Shown piece by piece: positions 49,873 to 60,239 of a stretch of DNA of 64,000 nucleotides. The notes under the pieces were generated by a model. That model ran no database searches. It was not told the DNA's origin and saw nothing but the letters and a program-made list of their open reading frames with translations. How positions within the stretch are numbered: position 1 is the first letter of the stretch; the number at the start of each line of letters is the position of its first letter. Made by a program: the position numbers and the translations under genes. The stretch comes from Anaeramoeba ignava BMAN (taxonomy: Eukaryota; Protista; Anaeramoebae), in contig JAPDFW010000054.1 in the NCBI GenBank assembly GCA_028826165.1, forward strand, positions 558,001-622,000. The letters are read 5' to 3'.

Positions 49873-50820
49873 TCAATTTTCCTTTTCTTTTGAATTATCT
49901 TCATTTCTTTTAAAAATAATAGGTTCTTTAATATTTTTCATAAATGGTTGAAAAACAGTAACAGAAACTGAATCATCTAAAAGAGCAAAAACATCATTAT
50001 CATAAGGAATATTTTCAGAAGGAACTCTCCAATCATTTCTAAGCTTAAATTTTTTAAATTTTTGTTCATTTGGATTTTGATTTTCTTTTGAATTTTCTTT
50101 TGAATTTTCTTTTGAATTTTCTTTTGAATTTTCTTTTGAATTTTCTTTTGAATTTTCTTTTGAATTTTCCTCAACTTGCATCAATAAAGATCCATAATAA
50201 TCGTTATAAGGATTACAATAATAAACAGAAGGATTTTCAGGATCAACATCTAAAGGAACGTTAACATTGAAAAAAATATTATTATATTTAACTTCTTGAA
50301 CTGGCCAATTTTTATAAATTTTTTCAATGACTTGACAAGAAATTTTTGATGCGTTACAAAATTTCTTTCTTGTTGAATCTTGAGGATTTCGAAAGTAACC
50401 AAAATCATAAGAATGAAAACTCAAGGAAATACTTTTCAAACCAGCACAAGCAGTTTCAGCTGCTGCTCCTATTGTTCCACTGCAAAGAATAAATGAACCA
50501 TAATTTGCGCCGGAATTTGGACCCGAAATGACAAGATCAATTTTCTCATCTTTGAATAGATGAAAAATGCCTAATTGCCCACATGTTGCTGGCGAACCGT
50601 TTGTAATCCAGATCTCTTTTGTTTTGTTTTCCCCCATTTTTAATTCCGTTGTTTTCGCTTCAACATTCACTACTGTGTGTATTCGTGATGAAAATGACCA
50701 GTTTTTTTCTGGAAAACAACAGAATACTTTGTGCTTTTGTTCTTCAAGTTCTTTTATAAATGGAATAATAAGTGGTGATTGATATCCATCATCATTAGTT
50801 AGAAAAATATTTAAAGACAT
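49873..50820 (-). CDS. surE: SurE-family 5'/3'-nucleotidase / acid phosphatase
   Basis: IFLTNDDG, NGSPATC, DLVISGPNSGANYG..SGTIGAA, FNVNVP; contains an (ENSK)7 insert. Confidence 0.9.
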   Translation of the reverse strand: MSLNIFLTNDDGYQSPLIIPFIKELEEQKHKVFCCFPEKNWSFSSRIHTVVNVEAKTTELKMGENKTKEIWITNGSPATCGQLGIFHLFKDEKIDLVISGPNSGANYGSFILCSGTIGAAAETACAGLKSISLSFHSYDFGYFRNPQDSTRKKFCNASKISCQVIEKIYKNWPVQEVKYNNIFFNVNVPLDVDPENPSVYYCNPYNDYYGSLLMQVEENSKENSKENSKENSKENSKENSKENSKENQNPNEQKFKKFKLRNDWRVPSENIPYDNDVFALLDDSVSVTVFQPFMKNIKEPIIFKRNEDNSKEKEN

Positions 50821-50934
50821 TTTAATAAACAAATGAAAAAAATGAAAGAAATGAAAATGAAAAAAAAATTTTTTGTTTTTAATTTTTAATAAAGAAAAAA
50901 AAAAGAGAATTAAATTAAAATAGAAAATGGAATT

Positions 50935-51844
50935 TTGAAATAAACATTAAAATAAACTTGAAATAAATTTTAAAATAAACTTTGAATAAATATTGAAATA
51001 AATTTTGAAATAAACATTGAAATAAATTTTGAAATAAACTTTGAAATAAACTTAAAATAAATTTTGAAATAAATATTGAAATAAACTTGAAATAAATATT
51101 AAAATAAATTTTAAAATAAACTTGAAATAAACTTTGAAATAAATATTGAAATAAATATTGAAATAAACTTTGAAATAAATATTGAAATAAACTTTGAAAT
51201 AAATATTGAAATAAATTTTGAAATAAACTTTGAAATAAACTTGAAATAAATATTGAAATAAATATTGAAATAAATATTGAAATAAATTTTGAAATAAATT
51301 TTGAAATAAATTTTGAAATAAACTTGAAATTAACTTTAAAATAAACTTTGAAATTAATATTGAAATAAACTTTGAAATAAACATAAAATAAACTTTGAAA
51401 TAAACTTTGAAATAAATTTTGAAATAAATTTTGAAATAAATTTTGAAATAAATTTTGAAATAAATATTGAAATAAATATTGAAATAAATATTGAAATAAA
51501 TTTTGAAATAAATATTGAAATAAATTTTGAAATAAATATTGAAATAAATTTTGAAATAAACTTTGAAATAAATATTGAAATAAATTTTGAAATAAATATT
51601 GAAATAAATATTGAAATAAACTTTGAAATAAATTTTGAAATAAACTTGAAATAAACTTGAAATAAATTTTGAAATAAATATTGAAATAAATTTTGAAATA
51701 AACTTTGAAATAAACTTGAAATAAACTTAAAATAAACTTGAAATAAACTTTGAAATAAATATTGAAATAAATTTTGAAATAAACTTTGAAATTAACTTTG
51801 AAATAAATATTGAAATAAACATTGAAATAAACTTTGAAATTAAT
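50935..51844. repeat. 12-mer minisatellite (TTGAAATAAANN)n
   Basis: Directly visible. Confidence 0.93.
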
Positions 51845-54800
51845 TTAAAAATTTTCAAAATTTTTCCATTCCAAATCTTCATCATTATTATTAATATTTT
51901 CAAAATCATCAATAACTTTAAAGTAAAATAAATCATTTGTTTCATTTTCATTTTCATTTTCATTTTCATTTTCAATTTGATTTTGGTTTTCAATTTGATT
52001 TTGATTTTGATTTTGATTTTGATTTTGATTTTCATTTTGATTTTGATTTTGATTTTGATTTTCATTTTGATTTTGATTTTGATTTTGATTTTCATTTTCA
52101 TTTTCATTTTCATTTTCAATTTTATTTTGATTTTCAATTTGATTTTGATTTTGTTTTTTATTTTTATTTTGATTTTGATTTTGATTTTGATTTTGATTTT
52201 GATTTTGAATTTGATTTTGATTTTGATTTTGATTTTTATTTTTATTTTGATTTTGATTTTGATTTTTATTTTGATTTTTATTTTGATTTTTATTTTGATT
52301 TTTATTTTGATTTTGATTTTGATTTTGATTTTGATTTTGATTTTGATTTTGATTTTGATTTTGATTTTGATTTTGATTTTGATTTTGATTTTGATTTTGA
52401 TTTTGATTTTGATTTTGATTTTGATTTTGATTTTGTTTTTCATTTTGATTTTGTTTTTGTTTTTCATTTTGATTTTTATTTTGATTTTGATTTTGATTTT
52501 GATTTTGATTTTGTTTTTGAATTTGTTTTTGATTTTGATTTTGATTTTGATTTTGATTTTGATTTTGTTTTTGAATTTGTTTTTGATTTTGATTTTGATT
52601 TTGATTTTTATTTTGATTTCGATTTTGATTTTGATTTTGATTTTGAATTTGATTTTGATTTTGATTTTGATTTTGATTTTGATTTTGATTTTGTTTTTCA
52701 TTTTGATTTTTATTTTGATTTTTATTTTTATTTTGATTTTTATTTTGTTTTTCATTTTGATTTTGATTTTGATTTTGATTTTGAATTTGTTTTTGATTTT
52801 GATTTTGAATTTGATTTTGATTTTGATTTTGTTTTTTATTTTTATTTTGATTTTGATTTTTATTAAAATCACCTTCAAAAGAATTATCAGAAGATATTTC
52901 TTCATAATACTCATCTGAATAAATATCATATTGTGAATTTTCAGTAAAATCTTGAGAATCATCATTTCCAATATCTTCTTCAATTAATTTTTTTTCAAGA
53001 TCAAGAGAAAGACGAAGAATTTGTAACCATTCCATCATTTCCATACCAGATTTAGCATGAAGAAGATAAACACTTTGGAAAGTAACAATTTCAAATGCGA
53101 ATTTTTTAGCGAATTTTGTATTAATTTTTAAAGAAGCAAGAGTTAAATCAATAGTGGAATCTGCTGGTTTTGGATCCAATCTTGATTTATCCTTTGAATA
53201 ATAAAGTTTGTGATTCTGCAAAATAAAGTATCTGAGTTTCCACTCTTTGAAAAGATTTGCAGTTGTTTTAATATATAAAGGACCTTTTTTTTGGGGATAT
53301 TTTCTGCTCTGATAAGTTTCAATTCGTATAGATGATCGATTGGGTCGAATGCTTTTTCGCGTTTCAGTTTCACTAACTTTGCACCAGGCCTTTGCAATAT
53401 GCTTTCTTTTAATATATATTGCTTTTTGCTTGATGTTTGAGCCTGAATGCGGTTTAAATTGCTTATGATCGGGATCCGCTTCCCAAACTTGATTTCCGGA
53501 TTCATTTCCGGCAGATAAAATGAATTCAAGTTCTCAATTGACCAGCTTCCCATTTGAAGCTTTTCAATCTTGGAATGTTTCTCAATTCTCTTGTGGATTT
53601 TGGCGCAATCAGAACACATGATGATTCCTTTTGATAAACTTGCCCATTTTGGGTCTTCTTTTGAACAATCAACACATTTTTTGTTTTTTGACAGAATTTC
53701 TTTTAATAATCTTTTCATTGTTTTTTGGATCCTTTCATTCACACTTTGTTTGGGTGGTTCGATTCGCATTGAGTTGTGTGCTCGTTCTATTTTCTTTTCT
53801 CCTTCGTTTTCTGACTCTTTTTCTGTGTCATCAAAAAGTGTGTTCATGTCAATTTTGAATGTTTTTGTTAGTAAAAGCATTGTTTGATTTCTGATGTGAT
53901 TGAGTAGTTCAAATAATTTGGATTGTGATTCGCATGAGAAGATAAGATCTTTTTGAGGGGTTTTGATTTTGAAAGCATTTGCGATTCCAGGAATCATGAA
54001 TACGGAAATATCGATGAGATTAAATTTATAAGTTTTTGGTTGATTCTAAAAAAACAATATAAAATAAATATTAAATAAATATAAAATAAATATTAAATAA
54101 ATATTAAAATAAAATTAAATATAAAATAAATATTAAATAAATATTAAATAAATATAAAATAAATATTAAATAAATATTAAATAAATATTAAATAAATATT
54201 AAATAAATAAATATTAAATAAATATTAAATAAATATTAAATAAATAAATATTAAATAAATAATATTAAATATAAAAATAAAATAAATAATAAATAAATAT
54301 TAAATAAATATTAATTAAATAAATATTAAATAAATATTAAATATTTTTTAAGTTATTCATACTTCTTCCGTTTTTTCTTGTATTGCTTCAATAAATTTAT
54401 CACTTAAAATAATTTCACTTTGAATTTTATTGGAAATATTTGATTCATCTTGATAAAATGTTACATAAGTTTTATAAATAAATTGTTCTTTTTCATTTTC
54501 ATTTTCATTTTTTAAAGGTTGAAATGTTTCTGGAATCCAAATTTTCCTTAAGTTCTCAATATTTGTGAAAATTGAATAATCAAGACTCAAAATCCAGGAT
54601 TGTTTTTCTTCTTCATTTTGAGCTTGAAAAGTAGCAGTTTTTTGATGAATAATATCGCAAACTTGGAAAATTGTTTGAGGATTTTCAACAAGTTGTATTT
54701 TAATATTTGAAGAAATTCTTTGTATTTTTGTATTAATTGGATCTTCGATATTTTTTGAGTTTCTTTTCATATCATTTGGAATATGATCATTATTGATGTT

Positions 54801-57800
54801 GTTATTATTGTTATTTTCATTATCAAGCGAAGTAAGTGAATGAGATTTTGAAAGAGAGGGATTTTCTTTTGGAGAATCCAATAAAAACACGATTCCTTGA
54901 AGGGATATTTTATCAACAAAATTAAGTTTATTTGAATTTGAATTTGAATCTGAATTTTGAGTCATAACAAGTAGATCATTGAACATGAATAAAACAATTT
55001 CTATTCTTTTCTCGTTATGAATATAACTTAGATTCCCACTGCGAACAAATCTGCGGCTGGGCTTGCTGATATTATCAAAACCTTTAACTCTATCTTGAAT
55101 ATTTAAAACTTCAAGAATGTTTTCTGTTTCTCGTTTTCTCTCATTTATATATGTTGCTGTTTCTTTGATTTTATCAAGAGCGCGCGTGAGGTTATCGAAA
55201 TCGGGATGAGATTTGTCTGTATGTGTTGTTAATTCTTGAATCAAAAGAAGATATCGAGGAATTCTCTGGATCGGCATTATTAAGAATGAAGTGATATCCA
55301 AATGATGAGCTGCCGGAAGTTGTTTTTGCTGTTTCAAAAATTTGACAAATTCCTTCCGTTTTTTTAGCAGCGATAATGTTTTGATTGCGGTATTGTAATT
55401 GTTTATGTATTGTGTATAAACTTTAAGAAAAGCTGAAAAATTAAGAAAAATGTCGCCAATAAGAGTGTTTTCATCCCAATTTCTCCATCGATTTTCCAGT
55501 TCGGCAAGAAGCATTCTATTGTAATTCAATATCACTTCAATTTCTGAGAAAATTAGTCGAGATTGTTCTCTTGTTGTCATGTTGTTTTGTTGTAGTGGTT
55601 CGAGATATACTGATATTGTTGTTTCTAAACTTTTTACAAATGTTTTTTCCGTTGAAATGATTTCATTCATAATTTCCCATCTTTCTTCTTGTTCATCTGA
55701 TTTCGTTGATTGTTTGTTTTTGGATAGGAAATATGTTGGTAATGCTGGACGATTTCGGAATTCTGCTTTGTGTCTTTTTCTTCTGTATGTTTTCAAGAAA
55801 TCAAAGTTGAATGATTTAAAAAATTCTTCTTCAATTCTATCAAATAAGCTTGTTTCCTCATTTTCATTTTCATTTTCGTTTTCAATTTCAATTTCATTTT
55901 CATTTTCATTCTCATTTTCATTTTCATTTTCATTTTCATTTTCATTTTCAATTTTATTTTCAATTTTATTTTCATTTTCATTTTCATTTTCATTTTCAAT
56001 TTGATTTTCAATTTGATTTTCATTTTCAATTTGATTTTCATTTTCAATTTGATTTTGATTTTCAATTTTATTTTCATTTTGATTTTCATTTTGATTTTGA
56101 TTTTGATTTTCAATTTTATTTTCAATTTGATTTTGATTTTCAATTTGATTTTGTTTTAAATTTTGATTTTGTTTCCTTTGATTTTGTTTTAAATTTTGGT
56201 TTTTATTTTGATTTTGTTTCCTTCGATTGATTAATTTTGCATTTTCTATTTTGGATTGAGAAATAACAGGATTTCTTATTATTCTTTTTGTATTTGATTC
56301 TCCAGAAATTTTTGAATTTGAAATTTTATTTTGTTTTAGGGTATTTTTGATTATTTTGATTATTTTTGAAGTAATTATCAAGATTTTCAAGTTTGGGTTG
56401 TTTTGGAAATTTTATTCCAAAATTTGTTTTTTGATTTTCAAAGGTTTCTGACATTCTAATTATTGACCAAATTAAACCTAGAATGGGTTTTGTTCTTCCA
56501 GATTCTATATCTAAAATTTTAATTATTTTAATTTTAAATTTAAATTTAATTTTAATTTTGATTTTAATTTTAATTTTAATATTTAAAATACCTGAAGGAC
56601 TACAAATAACTTCAACTCCATGATTTTGTATAAATCTTAATGCAATTCCAATATTATCAATTTTTTGGTAACGATTTTTAGGATTTTTTGTAAATTTAAT
56701 TGATTGGTTTGAAATTAATTCAAGTAAATTCAAGATTAAAACACCATCTGCAAAATCTTCTTCAATATTATTTAATGACATTTGTCTTCTTGATAAAAAA
56801 CGGTTGCACCAGTTTGTGAAAAGCTTTAAAGATTAAAAAAAATTTAATTAAATTTTTCAATTTAATTTTGATTTAAATTGATTTAATTTTAATTTAATTT
56901 AATTTTGAATTGAATTGAATTTTAATTTGAATTTTAATTTGAATTAATTTTGAATTGTTTTAAATTGTTGATTTGAATTTAATTTGGAATTGTTTTAAAT
57001 TGTTGACTTGATTTGAATTGATTTGAATTTAATTGTTAAATTGTTGATTTAAATTGTTTATGTTGATTTAAATTGTTTATGTTTAATTGTTAAATTGATG
57101 ATTTTTAATTTGGAATTGTTGATTTGAATTGAATTGAATTTAATTGTTAATTTGTTGATTTGAATTTAATTGAATTGAATTTAATTTGGAATTGTTTATG
57201 TTGAATTTAATTGAATTTAATTTGTTGATTTAAATTGTTGATTTGAGTTAAATTGATTTAAATTGATTTGAATTAAATTGTTTATGGAATTGATTTAAAT
57301 TGTTAAATTGTTGATTTAATTTGTTTATGTTGAATTGAATTTAATTGAATTTAATTTGGAATTGTTTATGTTGAATTTAATTGAATTTAATTTGGAATTG
57401 TTTATGTTTAATTGTTAAATTGTTGATTTAAATTGTTTATGTTGAATTTAATTGAATTGAATTTAATTTGGAATTGTTTATGTTGAATTTAATTGAATTT
57501 AATTTGGAATTGTTTATGTTTAATTGTTAAATTGTTGATTTAAATTGTTTATATTGAATTTAATTGAATTTAATTTGGAATTGTTTATGTTTAATTGTTA
57601 AATTGTTGATTTAAATTGATTTAATTTTAATTTGATTTAATTTGTTGATTTAAATTGATTTGAATTGAATTGAATTTAATTTTTAATTTGTTGATTTGAA
57701 TTTAATTGAATTTAATTTGGAATTGTTTATGTTTAATTGTTAAATTGTTGATTTAAATTGTTTATATTGAATTTAATTGAATTGAATTTAATTTGGAATT

Positions 57801-57912
57801 GTTTATGTTTAATTGTTAAATTGTTGATTTGAATTGTTTATGTTTATTTTTAAACTGCTTTTTATTATAAATAAAAACTAACTTGGATTTGTGCTTCTTC
57901 TGAAACTGACAT
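51845..57912 (-). CDS. CH - RhoGEF(DH) - PH - PH - ArfGAP-like - PH - QN-rich protein; 4 exons, frameshifts near 56345 and 53288
   Basis: MSVSEEAQIQ|LFTNWCN..DGVLILNLLE..ILGLIWSII (CH; introns 56824-57882 and 56511-56591); EIISTEKTFVKSL...FLIMPIQRIPRYLLL (DH); intron 54046-54362; CVDC-x16-CSDC (ArfGAP); KGPLYIK...WKLRYFIL...MEWLQIL (PH). Confidence 0.88.
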
Positions 57913-58008
57913 GAAGAAAAAAAAGAAAAAGAAAAAAAAGAAAAAAAGAAAAAAATGAAAATTTTTTTTTTCATTTTTTTTTGTTCTAAAAAAAAAAACA
58001 AAAAACAA
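57913..58008. promoter_or_regulatory. Compact 96-bp bidirectional promoter with back-to-back TCATTTT initiator-like motifs
   Basis: AAAAATGAAAA-TTTTT-TTTTCATTTTT inverted arrangement (~57951-57978) between divergent ATGs at 57912 and 58009. Confidence 0.55.
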
Positions 58009-59971
58009 ATGGAGTTATCAGAACAATTATCAAAACTACTCTATTGTTCTAATTGCAAACAAGCATTCAATAACGACGCGCACTGGATGCCTACATGCAT
58101 GCACGCTCTATGCAGCAAATGCCTTAACAAAGCATTAGAATCAAAACCAGTAGAAGAAAAAGACGAACCGGACGAATTCGCAACAATTTTAACATGTCCA
58201 ATCTGCAAAAACGCGTACAAATTAGAAGACGAGCTCCAAGAGGAATTGCCAACAAACGAGATCCTGAATTTTGTGTCTAAACTCTATTCACAAACAGCAA
58301 AAGAGAAGGAAAGCATTTGCGAAGAGTGCGGAGTTAATATGGCAAAAAAGTACTGTAGAAACTGTCAAAAATCATTTTGTCCCGAATGTACCGAAAAAAT
58401 TCACTCTTTCAAATCCTTCCAAAAACACGAAGTTGCGGAGCTCTCCTTAACCACGCCGACCCATAACGACTCTATTTTTGCCTGCAACGAACATCCAACA
58501 AAACAAAAGGAATATTACTGCACAGAATGCGAGACCTCAGTGTGCATCGATTGCGTCATTATCGGGAAGCACAAGAACCACAGAATCACGAAGATCGAGA
58601 GTCTCTCGCAAGGATCCAATTTGCGACTTGGCGCTTCTGCTTAAGAAAAACAGCCTGGTTATCGACTCGTTGGAGAAGAAATCAAACGAAATTGACGCTC
58701 TTCTTGATATTGCTAATGGCGTTGTCCCAACTGCCAAGCTAAAGATCCAAGAAAACCTCGAAAAGGCTGCTGAACTTCTCGAGAAGCGCAAGATTCAGTT
58801 GCTTTCTGATCTCGAAATCATCTCGCATTCCATCGATTCCCATCTGAGGAAATTCATGACCACTTTCGACCGCAGATCAAAAGAACTCGAGCTCTGCGAA
58901 CATGTGTCCAAGAGTATCCTCGATTCGCAAACAAGCTCCGCACTTGTATACGAGCTAGAGTCCGCGCTCCAAAAACTGCAAAACACTGAGGAATTAGTTT
59001 CTGAAAACATTTCTGCAGAGGACTTCTCGGTAAACGTCGACTTCGACGGAATTGAGAAATTTTTCGATTCTCTTGGCTACATTGATTCCCCGTCTTTCAA
59101 CCTCATTGGCGGACCAGGCGTTATGGAAATAACAGGCGCAAAGGAACTTTCTGGCGAGATCAAATGCACAAAACTGATTATCAAAGCGAACGCAGTGTTG
59201 ACTGTCAAGCCGTGGGATGGGACATCAGGAGGAGTATTAAAAATCTTTGCGAAATCACGGATCATCATTGAAAAAGGAGGGAAAATCGATCTAACCGGAA
59301 AAGGATACCGAGGCGGAGAGGCAGTGCCTCAATGCTACGACGGAAAAGCAAAACAAGGCGAGTCATTCAACGGAAAAGGGGGTGATCTTCAAGAAGCAAA
59401 TAAAGGAGGTGGAGGTGCCGGATTAGGGACAAGTTCGTTTGGGGGATATGGTGGAGGCGGTGGCGGTTATGGTGCCAAAGGAGACGATGCTGAGCCCAAC
59501 CGTTACAGCGGACAAGTTCATCCTGGAGCAAAAGGTGGCGAGACTTATGGCGATGAAAAAATCACTGAGCTTTATATGGGATCTGGTGGAGGATCTGGTC
59601 ATCCTTATTCTAACGGACAAACCAAAGGCAAAGGCGGCAATGGTGGTGGTGCGTTGCTTCTCCAGGCTCGTCTCGTTCTTAATGAAGGTGAGATTATTTG
59701 TGATGGCGAAAAAGGTGAAGATAGTGTCCCTAATACTTATGGTTCTGGCGGCGGCGGCGGAAGTGGTGGTTCTATTCTTTTTATTACAAAACTTCTTATA
59801 AACAATGGATCCATTTCTGCTAAAGGTGGTGAAAAAGGTATCGCTAACTATTCTTCTTCTCCTGGTATTAATTCTTCTGGTGGTAAGGGTGGTGACGGTA
59901 GAATTGCTATTAAAGGTTTAAGAACAAAAGGTGCTCCTTCAGTTCCTAATTGGTTTCTTTATAAGAAATGA
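58009..59971 (+). CDS. TRIM-like RING - B-box - B-box - coiled coil protein with C-terminal glycine-rich domain (frameshift near 58605)
   Basis: RING CSNC..CMHALCSKC..CPIC; B-boxes CEEC..CRNC..CPEC..H..H and CNEH..CTEC..CIDC..H..H; Gly-rich repeats GKGYRGG, YMGSGGGSG, GGNGGG, GGSGGSI, GGDGRI. Confidence 0.88.
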
Positions 59972-60239
59972 AAGTTTCTTCTTCTTTTTTTCTTTTTTCT
60001 TTTTAATTCCCCTTTTTTTCTTTTTCCCATTTTTTTTTTCGCATTTTAATTTTTTTTTTTTTTGATCAAAATGATCACAATTTTCAATAAGAATTCCTTT
60101 TATAAAAAAAAAAAATTAAATAAAAATAAAAATTAAAAAATAAAATAAAATTTAAAACAAATATAAATTAAATATAAATATAAAGTGAAATTTCCATTTT
60201 TTTTTGAATTAAAATTTTTTAAGTGATTCAATACCCCAA

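Noticed and set aside
49149-52983. Long low-complexity ORFs (KIKIK, LILIL, FDFDF; also FNFNF at 16420, 18755, 27673 and 55793-56230)
   Set aside because: These are alternative-frame or antisense readings of hexamer microsatellites.
56320-56345. Euplotes-type +1 programmed frameshift at AAA-TAA in the RhoGEF gene
   Set aside because: Single instance. The other frameshifts share no such motif, and homology places their shifts upstream of the stops.
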